IMG/VR virus record: IMGVR_UViG_3300033121_001571
From: a virus
Taxonomy: Duplodnaviria; Caudoviricetes
Reading direction: 5' to 3' (one strand)
Length of the DNA stretch: 64,000 nt
Positions 32,466 through 42,311 of the stretch are shown here, piece after piece. The position numbers and the translations under genes were made by a program. Under the pieces are notes generated by a model. That model was not told the origin of the DNA and did no database searches. It saw only the letters and a list, made by a program, of their open reading frames with translations. The first letter of the stretch is position 1; each line of letters starts with the position of its first letter.

Positions 32466-32930
32466 CTATGATGCTTTTCCAAGAAGTTCTTTCAAAGAAA
32501 ACACTTCAATGCCCGCTCTTTTTAAGAGAGCAAGACCAGAAGTGTCTCTGTACTCTACGTCATATACAACTCTTGAGATCTCTGACCTCACAATCACTTT
32601 TGAACACATCAGACACGGAGAGTGAGTAACATACATGATTTTTTTCTTGTGTGTGTCTGGACACATCAAACAAGCATTTAATTCTGCGTGAATAAATCCT
32701 GACTTTCCTTCATCTAAAGAGTCGGGCACGTTTGGTTCACCTGGTGAGTTGCCATTGTAACCAAATGACAATATTGAGCTGTTGTCTTCTGGGACTATCA
32801 CTGCTGCAACCTTTAACCTGGGATCGTATCCTCTTTGATCCGCTATCAACTTAGCGATATTCATCCAAACGTTTGGCCAAGATCTCACACTCATATGATG
32901 ATCTTTGCTATTGGATGACAAGAGATACAT
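32466..32930 (-). CDS. dCMP deaminase
   Basis: FGYNG, HAELNA, THSPCLMC. Confidence 0.92.
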   Translation of the reverse strand: MYLLSSNSKDHHMSVRSWPNVWMNIAKLIADQRGYDPRLKVAAVIVPEDNSSILSFGYNGNSPGEPNVPDSLDEGKSGFIHAELNACLMCPDTHKKKIMYVTHSPCLMCSKVIVRSEISRVVYDVEYRDTSGLALLKRAGIEVFSLKELLGKAS

Positions 32931-33463
32931 CTTGCTTCATACATGTCGCTTCCTCCGATTTCGATGTCTTGATCAGACATCGTCTTTTTGTAGGAAAAGC
33001 TTGCTGGTTGAAAACAATTTGAACAAACTGCGTGAAGTTTTTCTACTCTAGTTGCCCATGGCATCATCTTCATGATTTCCTCAAAAGCTTTACACGAAGA
33101 TGACATATCTAAACTTGCAACAGCGACATTAAAACCTGTTCTGTACAAGTAGATCAAAGCGCTTGCACTTTCAGATATCATGAATGCTTCATCAACAGCA
33201 ACTAGGTTTTTTTCAGCATCTCCAGATGCATTTTTAGACACAAGTTCTAAGATGTCTTCACCAGAAGACACAGAGAAAGCTTGTTCACTCATGTTGTCGT
33301 GAGTCACTACTCTCTCAACGCTGTAACGATCATCTTTTTTTGGTTTGATCAGTATAGCATTGAACTTCTGTCGTCTCTTAAAATCAACATACTTCAACAA
33401 ATTAGAAGTCTTGGAAGCATACATGCAACCAGTAAAAATCACAAACTCATTCAAACTTTTCAC
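32891..33463 (-). CDS. tdk: Thymidine kinase
   Basis: GCMYASKT, DDRY, VDEA, Zn lasso CSNC...YEARCISC. Confidence 0.92.
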   Translation of the reverse strand: MKSLNEFVIFTGCMYASKTSNLLKYVDFKRRQKFNAILIKPKKDDRYSVERVVTHDNMSEQAFSVSSGEDILELVSKNASGDAEKNLVAVDEAFMISESASALIYLYRTGFNVAVASLDMSSSCKAFEEIMKMMPWATRVEKLHAVCSNCFQPASFSYKKTMSDQDIEIGGSDMYEARCISCHPIAKIII

Positions 33464-34449
33464 GACGAGAAAACCTCCAGCGCCAACTTTGCTGATCTAG
33501 ATAACATACTGTCATAATTGAGTTGAAAATTTAATCTTTTGCACGCCTTGTTCAAGTAAAGTACTTTCAAATCAGTCCAGAATGTCTGTTGCGATTGTGT
33601 AACAGATCTAATCAAAACATCGATATCATCTTTTGATAGTGCATCTGCACACTTCTTCTCGTATTCTAACAGATCTTTAACGTCTGGTTTCGTTGATATC
33701 TTAGGACACTGACAGTTCACAATCTCTGACACAGAATTTCTGTTGTCTGACAACACACTCTCAACCATCTTAAAGTGTCGATCATAGATGTGAATTGAAG
33801 CAGCGTTGTGGTAGTAATTTCCGCACTCTATGTGTTTACCTAATCTTTCTGAAAGTTCAATTGTCATAAGTTCTTGAAAGACAGTAAATGCAGGAACATC
33901 GTTAGCGAGACCCCAGATAACATCTTGTGATCTCATGTTCACAACAGCATGTAGCTTGTTCTGCCTTAACAGGTATTGTAGACTAATCGTGCAAGGTACG
34001 TCTAGCTTTGCATTAACAGTGTCAAAAGCATTTCTTATGTGAATAACACACCTTCTTGAGTCATTGTCTCTAACGAGTTCATCTACTGCTAGAGACCACT
34101 GTGAGTTGTTTGCAGAGTCTATGGGCATAAACATTCGATATCCATAAGCACTGTTAGCTGTCACACCGTCATCAGAAATCTTTGACCACACAGAAGAATA
34201 CTTCTGTATCCAATCAACCTTGTTATTGGCAGACAAGTACCATAACAATTCACCAGCAACGTACTCTAAAGAGAATTTTCTACCATAGACATATGGATAT
34301 CTCTCTCGTGGATCTGTCAACATAAAAGAGAAATTCAGTTTTTCTCTGATTTTTTCTCCTCTTGGAGCTGACTCATAATCAAATTGGTTATAGACTTCAT
34401 CTAATATTTTCACGTAAGCGTGAGTGAAGCTGTCATAACTTTTCATCAA
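33460..34449 (-). CDS. Thymidylate synthase-family enzyme, probably dCMP hydroxymethylase/modifier
   Basis: AYGYR, DSRR, PCT, and HAVVNMRSQDVIWGLAND, with Asp at the pyrimidine-specificity position as in T4 gp42. Confidence 0.8.
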   Translation of the reverse strand: MMKSYDSFTHAYVKILDEVYNQFDYESAPRGEKIREKLNFSFMLTDPRERYPYVYGRKFSLEYVAGELLWYLSANNKVDWIQKYSSVWSKISDDGVTANSAYGYRMFMPIDSANNSQWSLAVDELVRDNDSRRCVIHIRNAFDTVNAKLDVPCTISLQYLLRQNKLHAVVNMRSQDVIWGLANDVPAFTVFQELMTIELSERLGKHIECGNYYHNAASIHIYDRHFKMVESVLSDNRNSVSEIVNCQCPKISTKPDVKDLLEYEKKCADALSKDDIDVLIRSVTQSQQTFWTDLKVLYLNKACKRLNFQLNYDSMLSRSAKLALEVFSS

Positions 34450-35435
34450 ACACCAACTTTCAACTTTGAAATTAGATCCCAGTTAGCATTGAACCACTGG
34501 TATGTCTTGTAGACACCAACATGAATGTCTATCTTGGGTTGCCAGTACGTTTCCCACTGAAGAAGCTCGTTTGAACCCAAAGTGTGTTTCACATCGCCTG
34601 GGCGTTCTGGCGCCTCTCTCTTTGTAACGTGCACATATGTGTTGATTATGTCAAACAACTCTTGATTTGAAATAGATGTGTTGGTACAGACATTGAACAC
34701 GCGGTTTGATAGATCCTTTTCAGTGAGAACGTGATACACTGCATTAACGACATCTTGTACGTGGATCAAGTCTCTTGTCTGCAATCCGTCACCATCAAAT
34801 CTTAGTTGATCTCCTTTGAATGCAGAAGTCAACCAATTTGATATTGCTGTTGAGTACGCTGATCCACCAATCTGACCTTCACCGTATACGTTAAAAAATC
34901 TTAGTGCAACATAGTCAAAATTGTACAACTTGTGATATAATTGAAGATACTCTTCTATCTGAAGCTTTTGAAGCGCATATGGTGAATTGGGATTAGTTTC
35001 ATCCTTTTCTGTTGATGCTTCTTTAGAAGCTTTGTTTCCATACACTGCTGAAGAACTCGCAAACACAAATCGTTGAACATTACCCAGCCTAGCAGCATCG
35101 ATCAACGAAAGCGTCTTTGTCACATTTGTGTTGTGGCTATCGACAGGATTCTCTACTGAAAAAGAGACTCTTGGCATAGCTGCAAAGTGAACAATAACGT
35201 CAAATTCACCGTTCTTAACTCTTGAAAGAACAATATCAGAAGAAAAATCTGATATCACTAGTTTGTCATTGTTAATGACATCTTTTCTCAAGAGCGGAAG
35301 TTGACTGTTTGACAAATCATCAACTACAGTCATATCAAACTTTGAATCACCAAAGAAACTATTGACAAAGTTCCCTCCTATGAACCCAGCTCCGCCAGTG
35401 ACCAACACCCTCAAACGGTCTTTCTCTTCACTCAT
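34446..35435 (-). CDS. NAD-dependent NDP-sugar epimerase/dehydratase
   Basis: GGAGFIG, ASSSAVYG, YALQK (YxxxK), LRFFNVYG. Confidence 0.92.
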   Translation of the reverse strand: MSEEKDRLRVLVTGGAGFIGGNFVNSFFGDSKFDMTVVDDLSNSQLPLLRKDVINNDKLVISDFSSDIVLSRVKNGEFDVIVHFAAMPRVSFSVENPVDSHNTNVTKTLSLIDAARLGNVQRFVFASSSAVYGNKASKEASTEKDETNPNSPYALQKLQIEEYLQLYHKLYNFDYVALRFFNVYGEGQIGGSAYSTAISNWLTSAFKGDQLRFDGDGLQTRDLIHVQDVVNAVYHVLTEKDLSNRVFNVCTNTSISNQELFDIINTYVHVTKREAPERPGDVKHTLGSNELLQWETYWQPKIDIHVGVYKTYQWFNANWDLISKLKVGV

Positions 35436-35486
35436 TTGGTCTTAGAATATTCTTTGAGTGCTCATAGTATATCTACATGTTTCACC

Positions 35487-36800
35487 TCAAAGAATATTCT
35501 GTGTGTCACCAAAAAAGTCTGGCAGTGCTGCGGAGGTTGTTGCTTCGTAAGAGCTGTGTTTTCTCACAGCATTTCGCAGATGCAAGTTATAACCGCAAGA
35601 CACTCGAGTGTCTTTTGAATAAAACTTGCAGTGTTCTATCAGAACAGAGGCAATGTCAGCTAAATTTGAAAGGTCTTTTTTGACAAGATAGGGATATTTT
35701 GTCTCTTTTGAAAGCATGCTGTACTCATTGACATCAACCCACAAAGGAAGACAACCAAGATCAATGCACTCTCTTGACGCTGTTCCACCAAAAGTGTCTT
35801 CTGTGTAAAGAGCTACAACTATGTCTGAGTTTCTAGCAATGAACTTGTATTCATCTCTAGAAAAAGCTCTATCAGTCAGTTTTAAGTAACCGTGTTTTCC
35901 ACACTCAGAGTGCAGTTCTTTGTTGCTGAATTTTTGGTTTGGATTTCCAGCAATCACAACAAAATCTTGTCTTCTTTTCCATAGCTCTGGAAGCACTTCA
36001 AACATGAATTTACCACAATTCGTGTAGTCGCTTGACCTTCCTTTTCCTCCGATTCTATTGGGAACAAACAACACAACTTTGTCTCTTGTTGCTTCGTGAA
36101 ATTCTTTTTCAACATCAAAAGATATCTCAGACAACAACGGTGCAGCGTTCGACTCAGTGACTGAGTACCCATCGTCCCAAGGTTTGCTCTTTGCGATTAT
36201 AGAATCAACAATTTCTTTTGTAAAGACTTTTCTAGCTTCAATCTCAAACTCTTTCAGAGCACTGTCGCACTGCCAAAAGTTGAAATCAGCTCGAATTGCT
36301 GCTTCACACTGTCCCAACCACAAAGAAGTTTCAGTCGGAAATTTTGGAACTGAAGGCACATCTACAAAGTGACTGTGAACAACAAATCTTGGTGACTGCT
36401 TGTTGAGATAGAACAGTGTCTTATAATTTCGAAATTGCATCGGATCGTTGATATAGACTATGTCATATCTCTTTTCACTCAAAGAGAGAGCACTTTGAAG
36501 TTTAGAAAACTGGAAATCGTATCTAGTGACTAGAGCATTTGGGATAACAGGTACAGCAACGTAGTTGAGTCTTGTCCCTTCCCACTTTTCCCACAGATCT
36601 GGATTGATATCTCTGTAATTTGTGAGACACTGAGTGTCAGGACCCATTATGTCTATGACTGTGTCTCTTGTAAGATTCAAGATCTCTCTTGCTCTGTTGA
36701 TCATCATCTGCCAACCAGAGTCAGTCTCTAACATAAAAACACCGTCAGTCGTGTAAGATGATAGCTGCGTCTGAATCAAGATTCTTTTCATTGTTAACAC
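35487..36800 (-). CDS. GT-B glycosyltransferase (candidate DNA glycosyltransferase)
   Basis: LFVPNRI and EDTFGGTASRECIDLGCLP (GT-B donor-binding motif); next to the epimerase and TS homologue. Confidence 0.75.
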   Translation of the reverse strand: MLTMKRILIQTQLSSYTTDGVFMLETDSGWQMMINRAREILNLTRDTVIDIMGPDTQCLTNYRDINPDLWEKWEGTRLNYVAVPVIPNALVTRYDFQFSKLQSALSLSEKRYDIVYINDPMQFRNYKTLFYLNKQSPRFVVHSHFVDVPSVPKFPTETSLWLGQCEAAIRADFNFWQCDSALKEFEIEARKVFTKEIVDSIIAKSKPWDDGYSVTESNAAPLLSEISFDVEKEFHEATRDKVVLFVPNRIGGKGRSSDYTNCGKFMFEVLPELWKRRQDFVVIAGNPNQKFSNKELHSECGKHGYLKLTDRAFSRDEYKFIARNSDIVVALYTEDTFGGTASRECIDLGCLPLWVDVNEYSMLSKETKYPYLVKKDLSNLADIASVLIEHCKFYSKDTRVSCGYNLHLRNAVRKHSSYEATTSAALPDFFGDTQNIL

Positions 36801-36844
36801 TTAAACTACTACACAAGAGCTCGTTGTAAACGATAGTTAACTAC

Positions 36845-37231
36845 GTGAAAATCAAACTTGGTGAACTTCGATCTCTGATAACAGAGACAATTGAAACGTT
36901 CACAAAAAGACACTATGACAAAGCTCTTGCAGTTGCAACACCAGGTTCTGTTTTCCCTGTCAGAAAAGGTAAGTACATAGAGATCTATCAAAAACTTCCC
37001 AGTTCACCAAGGGGTGGGTACAACGTAAGAGAAACGCTTAGTTGGGAAGAGTGCCCAGCAGTAGAGATAACAGGGTTGCCAATAAAAGGCCCAGACTACG
37101 AACAGTTCGGCGTCTCTTCACTAGGACCACTCTATGTTCCCGTAAAAACAAACTTTGGTTTGCAAGGATACCTGTACTATGCAGATCTTGGTCACTTAGA
37201 CATTCCAGGGATTCCTGATATTTCTTACTGA
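36845..37231 (+). CDS. Hypothetical protein with leader motif
   Basis: MKIKLGELRSLITE; GATAGTTA box 5 nt upstream. Confidence 0.75.
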   Translation: MKIKLGELRSLITETIETFTKRHYDKALAVATPGSVFPVRKGKYIEIYQKLPSSPRGGYNVRETLSWEECPAVEITGLPIKGPDYEQFGVSSLGPLYVPVKTNFGLQGYLYYADLGHLDIPGIPDISY

Positions 37232-37242
37232 TAGTTAAGAAC

Positions 37243-37713
37243 ATGAAAATCTCCAAAAAGTTCATTTTTGAATCTCTCGAAGAAAATATTGAAGAACAAA
37301 TTGATGAATTGAGATCATCTCCAGAGATGCAATCTCTTGATACTTTCATCAACTACAAGTTAGACAACGAAGAGTTGTCTTATAACTGGATTGAACTTCA
37401 AGCTCTGTCTAGAAACTTGACAGCACAAAACGCAAAATTTAACAAAGACTATAGTGGTGCAGTCTCTGCAGCAAGTGCTTACGTAATACACACAGTTCGT
37501 AAAACGTTAGAAGAAGAAATGGGATTTGAATTCACTCCAAGAGAAAAGATGAAAGATGTACGTGGTTTCAGTTCAAATCCTCACGGTTCAAATAGGTGGG
37601 TAGGCAACCACGGAGGATCTGGTTTTATAGACCACGTTGGAGCTATGGGTGGAAAATACAACTGGAGCTCAAGCGACAGTAAAAACTTGTCAATGGGCGC
37701 AAAGAAAAAATGA
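37243..37713 (+). CDS. Hypothetical protein with leader-like N-terminus
   Basis: MKISKKFIFESLEE; GATAGTTA box 5 nt upstream. Confidence 0.7.
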   Translation: MKISKKFIFESLEENIEEQIDELRSSPEMQSLDTFINYKLDNEELSYNWIELQALSRNLTAQNAKFNKDYSGAVSAASAYVIHTVRKTLEEEMGFEFTPREKMKDVRGFSSNPHGSNRWVGNHGGSGFIDHVGAMGGKYNWSSSDSKNLSMGAKKK

Positions 37714-37716
37714 TGT

Positions 37717-38175
37717 TTATTGCGTCACACAACGAGCACAACTACACTTTTCTCGAAAACCACAATTGAAACACTGTGAACAACACGCATGGTCATGCAA
37801 GATCAGATCTTTACCATGACACGAGCAATCACACTCTTCTTTGTCTAGGTGATTACAGTTAATTTCATTAGTTATTTTTGCGTTAGCAATCTTATTTTTA
37901 GACGCTAAAATTTGTTCTGAACGTTCTTGATCTTCACGTCTTAGTTCTAATATTTCACGCAACAGATCGTCTATTCCTGGTCGTATGCACGCAATAGTTT
38001 TTGATATGAAATCTGGACTATTGACTGCGTTCTCAAGGTCATCATTATCCATATCAAGCCAAAATCCCCGGTGGTGTGCGTCTTCATCTATACCTGATCT
38101 GATCAGATCAAGAATAGCCATTCCCAATATGACATCAAACTCAACTTGAGTTTCACCTAAAAAGTACTTTTTCAT
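37717..38175 (-). CDS. Hypothetical protein with Cys/His-rich C-terminus
   Basis: CDCSCH...HDHACCSQCFNC...CSCARC. Confidence 0.6.
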   Translation of the reverse strand: MKKYFLGETQVEFDVILGMAILDLIRSGIDEDAHHRGFWLDMDNDDLENAVNSPDFISKTIACIRPGIDDLLREILELRREDQERSEQILASKNKIANAKITNEINCNHLDKEECDCSCHGKDLILHDHACCSQCFNCGFREKCSCARCVTQ

Positions 38176-38528
38176 GTTTTCTGTGCCTTAACTTTTTCGT
38201 TCCGAAGCGCATCCTCGAGCGTCTTTGGCTGCGGGAGCTTGTGTACCATCGCGTAAAGGGCCTCTGTCGCGATTCCAACGCCAGTCGGCCATTCGACCGC
38301 GCCGTGGTCGACATAGGCCTCCGCGAACGCCGAGCGCTTCTGGATGCGGTCGAACGGCGGTTTGAGGACGAGCTTTGTGAAGTCAGCAGTCCCGCTTGTC
38401 CCATCGGAGAACGTCACGTTCAGCTGGAGCGCTCCGGGAACTACTGTCACACTCTCCACCTTGATCGTCGGTAGCTTTCTCACGGGTTGAGCCTTTGAAC
38501 CTTTCTCTATAGTCATTGTGGTGTTCAT
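38172..38528 (-). CDS. DUF2442-family (antitoxin-like) protein on a high-GC patch
   Basis: V.SV.VV...L.VTFSDG..G.AD......F..AYVDHGAVEWP.G..IATEALY; line 38281-38340 is 42/60 G+C. Confidence 0.75.
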   Translation of the reverse strand: MNTTMTIEKGSKAQPVRKLPTIKVESVTVVPGALQLNVTFSDGTSGTADFTKLVLKPPFDRIQKRSAFAEAYVDHGAVEWPTGVGIATEALYAMVHKLPQPKTLEDALRNEKVKAQKT

Positions 38529-38850
38529 CACAGTGTGCCTTCGCCTGGTCGAAGACGCTACCAAAGAGGTACCTCAACACGCCATCCCTATTAACCTCTT
38601 CTCTAAACTTCTCGACCATGTAATTCACCCATTCCTCACGGTCATACGGTTGGTCAACAACATTTCCAGACTCGTCCCACGAAATGCCATCAAAGACATT
38701 TGAACCTGGGCCGACCAACTTCATCTTACACGCCCCAGACTTAAAGATGATGTGTCCACCCGTTGAGTCTTCGAAACCTGGAACACATTTCTTTCGACCA
38801 TCAAGCATTGCAAACTCAAGAGAAATTCTAAATGTACTACGACTCATTTA

Positions 38851-39486
38851 TCACCTCATCACGAAGTCAATGACGTCAAAGACTTCACGTTCAAGATTCT
38901 CATCGTCAACATTTAGACTCAGAAGACGACATTTTGTCCAAGATGCAAATTCTTTGTAGACATCGTGAAGCTTAGCAAGAACTAGTTCAGTGATGCTAGA
39001 ATCAAGGTTGTCTTTGATGTCTTTGTAACTAGATCGGTGACAGAAGACAATGACAGCACCCAAAGCAGCATACGCTTCATCGATGTGTTTCAACATCGTG
39101 AGATCTGTCTCACGACTGAAGACCTTTGAGTATGCATACTCACAAGGAAAACCTCGATCAAAGACAACACTGTGACCAGTCTGTCGTAGGATATCAAGAA
39201 CTCTTGGATCAGCAAAACGAAGTTGATTTAAGAACTGATCGTTCTTTGAAACTCTAGAAGAGAGAAATGACGTGTGTTCTGACGTTGCTTTGAAATAGGG
39301 CACTCTCAACTTTCTAGAGACTTCTTTTGCTATCTCTGTTTTACCACACATATCTGGACCAACGAAGAACACCAACTTTTGGTTGTTGATTGTAATATTT
39401 TTGTGAGAAGTGTGTTCTGGAAACGAAGTAAAACAATCAAGACATAAATCTCTATCTAAATTTAGGTTTAGGTGTTTACAATACAC
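38851..39486 (-). CDS. dNMP kinase (thymidylate kinase-like)
   Basis: P-loop GPDMCGKT, FDRG. Confidence 0.85.
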   Translation of the reverse strand: MYCKHLNLNLDRDLCLDCFTSFPEHTSHKNITINNQKLVFFVGPDMCGKTEIAKEVSRKLRVPYFKATSEHTSFLSSRVSKNDQFLNQLRFADPRVLDILRQTGHSVVFDRGFPCEYAYSKVFSRETDLTMLKHIDEAYAALGAVIVFCHRSSYKDIKDNLDSSITELVLAKLHDVYKEFASWTKCRLLSLNVDDENLEREVFDVIDFVMR

Positions 39487-39716
39487 ACTATAAACATACT
39501 AACACGTTACCATCTGTATTCGTTGTAATACGAACTTGTTCACAGCAACTTGTGAATCGCAGACTCTAGATCGTAATCTTTTACCTTTGAAACCATCACA
39601 GCGTCTGTTGGAAGACTTCCATCACAACGCATGTCAAGAGCTTGTTTTCTTGTCAAGACCCAGATGACGTCGCCATCTATCCATTTCTGAAACTCGATCA
39701 ATTCAAAGTACATCAT

Positions 39717-39902
39717 CTAACTCTTCTTGCTGTAAAGATCTCTGTGCCAACCTTCACCCTTGAGTAAAAAACTAGTTCCTCCAGAGATGAGTCTTTTCAG
39801 TTTTTGACCACATTTTTCACAATATCGATCAGAATCATCACTTATGTTGTGTTCTATCTCTGTGACCGTCTGACAACTCTTACACTCGTACTCGTAGATC
39901 AC
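39717..39902 (-). CDS. FmdB-family zinc-ribbon protein
   Basis: IYEYECKSC...CEKCG..LKRLIS...F.LKGEGW. Confidence 0.85.
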   Translation of the reverse strand: MIYEYECKSCQTVTEIEHNISDDSDRYCEKCGQKLKRLISGGTSFLLKGEGWHRDLYSKKS

Positions 39903-40942
39903 TCGTTTACCTCTTTTAACTTCCACGTCGTGGTGGAGCACCCAAAATTGTTTCTCTCGACCTCTGCGAGGTGCAGATTGTATAGATTCACGTTTGATTT
40001 ATCTGAGAATCCCCACACGCTAAGTCGAACTGGTTTCGCGCCGAGACCGAGTGCAGATATGACAGCATAACTCTTTTTGTTCTTTGTCATTTTGATCTCT
40101 AAAGACGTGGGAACAAACCAAACAATGTTCTTGTCACCTTCTTCAAGGGTCTCAATCGGATTGATCTCTTTTGTCTCTAGCTTAGCTAACATCTGTGGGC
40201 TGACAACAGATGTCACGTCAAAACTTCCAAATAACTCGATCTGAAACTGTGCTTGTTCTACTTTTGTCCACTCTGGAACGTTATCTCTGTAATATTCAGC
40301 TAACTCTCTCATTCTCTCCACACCAGCATACGGATTCTTTTTTGGCGATTTCTTTATCTCGTCGTTGTGTTCAATCAACACCTTGAATGCTTGGTGCCAA
40401 TTGCTGAATAATTTTCCTTGGCCCACCGCATCAAGAGAACCCAAAGCTTTTATCTTGATCAGAGTCTCTAAGACTCTTTTATTGAACTTTGAGTGTCTCC
40501 ACGTGCCGTCAGAGTTGTACAGCATGTCTTCTATATTTTTGTACGGTCTGTTCTGCAAGATCTCTTGCACAGCCGCTTCGCCGATACTCTTACAAGAGTA
40601 AAATGACGGCATGAACTTTTTCCCTGGAAGCACTGTCCATTCGTCTGAAGCATAGTTGACATCAATCTGAGCTATGTCGTAGCCCAATTGTTTGATCTCT
40701 GAAAATGCTACTGCTTTCTTTTCAGGACTGTTTAACATAGACTCAACATACGCAGTCAACCACTCCTTTTCAAAGTACGTCATCAACCACGCACACCAGT
40801 AACTGTCGATCGCATAAGCAACTGCGTGACTGTTTGAAGTCAGAACACCATTTGCTAAATAGAACTGGTGATCTGGGTGATCAACTTCAAGATCATACGT
40901 TTGGTGTTTTCCGATGGGGGTTATTGATTTGATGTTACTCAT
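39899..40942 (-). CDS. dnaE: DnaE fragment 5: IntC3 (40832-40942, 37 aa, ends Ser-Asn) plus C-terminal extein
   Basis: MSNIKSI...TYDLEV..PDHQFYLANGVLTSN|SHAVAYA; completes the conserved YGFNK-SHA motif. Confidence 0.95.
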   Translation of the reverse strand: MSNIKSITPIGKHQTYDLEVDHPDHQFYLANGVLTSNSHAVAYAIDSYWCAWLMTYFEKEWLTAYVESMLNSPEKKAVAFSEIKQLGYDIAQIDVNYASDEWTVLPGKKFMPSFYSCKSIGEAAVQEILQNRPYKNIEDMLYNSDGTWRHSKFNKRVLETLIKIKALGSLDAVGQGKLFSNWHQAFKVLIEHNDEIKKSPKKNPYAGVERMRELAEYYRDNVPEWTKVEQAQFQIELFGSFDVTSVVSPQMLAKLETKEINPIETLEEGDKNIVWFVPTSLEIKMTKNKKSYAVISALGLGAKPVRLSVWGFSDKSNVNLYNLHLAEVERNNFGCSTTTWKLKEVNE

Positions 40943-40944
40943 CT

Positions 40945-41280
40945 TTACCTATCACAGCTGGCAATTTTGACAGGCATATTTGCTTCAAGCCACAGTGCTG
41001 CCTCAATCGCGAACTCATCTTTTTCATCGCAGCACGCAACTACTTCACAGTATGAACCAAAATCGTGTGGAAACCACTTTATCTTTAACTGCATAGATGC
41101 ATCTCTGTGCTGTCTATTTTTCTGCAAGTGTTCCCACAGTTGGTCTCGCCAAATTCGGCACTGTGATAACATCTTTGTTTTGTTGTCAGGATCAGAACTA
41201 TCTAACTGAATTGCTTCTTCACTCGGAGAACAACAACCTAGTTCTATCTGAAACATGTGAAATAACCATACTGCAGCCAC
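40945..41280 (-). CDS. Hypothetical phage protein
   Basis: IELG..P.EE..Q, FPHDFGSYCEV motif; passenger in the dnaE locus. Confidence 0.65.
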   Translation of the reverse strand: MAAVWLFHMFQIELGCCSPSEEAIQLDSSDPDNKTKMLSQCRIWRDQLWEHLQKNRQHRDASMQLKIKWFPHDFGSYCEVVACCDEKDEFAIEAALWLEANMPVKIASCDR

Positions 41281-41303
41281 AGAAACAGTTACACTGCAAC
41301 GTG

Positions 41304-42305
41304 TTAATCTCTATAAGAATTTTTACTTTGAGCTCTTTTTGCTGCATCATTAGCAGCTTCTTCCGCTAACTTAGTGCCCCACTCTTCTTGGATACTGTCT
41401 CCAAGAACTTGCCCTTCATCAGTAAGGAAAATAAAATCACCTTCTCTGTAAACAAGACCAGAGTCAATAGCCTTTATCATCATATTGGTAAAATCCAAAA
41501 ATGCATTATGTTTAATTGTTTCGTGTTTTTCAATTTCTCTTACTTGAAGATATAGTTCTTCTTCATTATCAACGCCGTTAACGGACATCAGATATGGTAT
41601 GATCTTTTCATAGCGACTTTGTAAGTTAAGAACTTCTTCCATTGTCTGTGCAATTAAACGACCTTCATCATTTAAATCATAAATAGTGTGTTTTCCTTTT
41701 CTACCAACTGGCTCTATGTATGGTTCAAGAAATCCATACCATAATTCAGTATCACGCATCTTAAAACCAAAATGATGAAATCCATTAAATTCTTTTTCTT
41801 TTTTATACACTTCAGGTAGAGTCATGGGTCCAAATTGACTAATTATGTATAAAGGTATTTGTTCTATACTAGAATGTGTATTTACAGTCTTGGGTGTTGG
41901 CGGTTTGTTAGTTCCAATTTTTCTGATGCTAGCAAGATCGATCAGATGTCCCTTAGCAGACATACGTTCTGTTCTAAGAAATTTTTCATAATCACGCTGG
42001 TTACAACTAATATTGTTTACAATCTGCCACATAATTGAATGGTTTTTACTTTGATCTATGACTTTAACAAACTGCATTTCAACTTTACCAAACAATGTCG
42101 ATCTAGTGTTGTGTATATCTACATTCTGAATGGAGTATATAAAATCTTGCTCTATGATAAATGGCCCTTTGTTTGCATATTCTGGTGTATTTACAATGAC
42201 AACATCATAATTTTTGATGTCAGACAACGATTTATAAGATGTCTCTTGCGATTTTTCAAACGCTTCTGAGATTAGCTTCCTGATCTGACCAATTGTAGTG
42301 ATCAT
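41304..42305 (-). CDS. Leader-motif protein, paralogue A1, with tandem winged-helix-like repeats
   Basis: MITTIGQIRKLISE; shares PVG.K..YDLN and LTDEGQVLGD..QE.WG with 42312. Confidence 0.75.
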   Translation of the reverse strand: MITTIGQIRKLISEAFEKSQETSYKSLSDIKNYDVVIVNTPEYANKGPFIIEQDFIYSIQNVDIHNTRSTLFGKVEMQFVKVIDQSKNHSIMWQIVNNISCNQRDYEKFLRTERMSAKGHLIDLASIRKIGTNKPPTPKTVNTHSSIEQIPLYIISQFGPMTLPEVYKKEKEFNGFHHFGFKMRDTELWYGFLEPYIEPVGRKGKHTIYDLNDEGRLIAQTMEEVLNLQSRYEKIIPYLMSVNGVDNEEELYLQVREIEKHETIKHNAFLDFTNMMIKAIDSGLVYREGDFIFLTDEGQVLGDSIQEEWGTKLAEEAANDAAKRAQSKNSYRD

Positions 42306-42311
42306 TTGTTG

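Noticed and set aside
39490-39716. Possible ncRNA or tRNA in an apparent gap
   Set aside because: It holds an approximately 57-codon minus-strand ORF below the track cutoff plus a promoter-like box; no cloverleaf seen.
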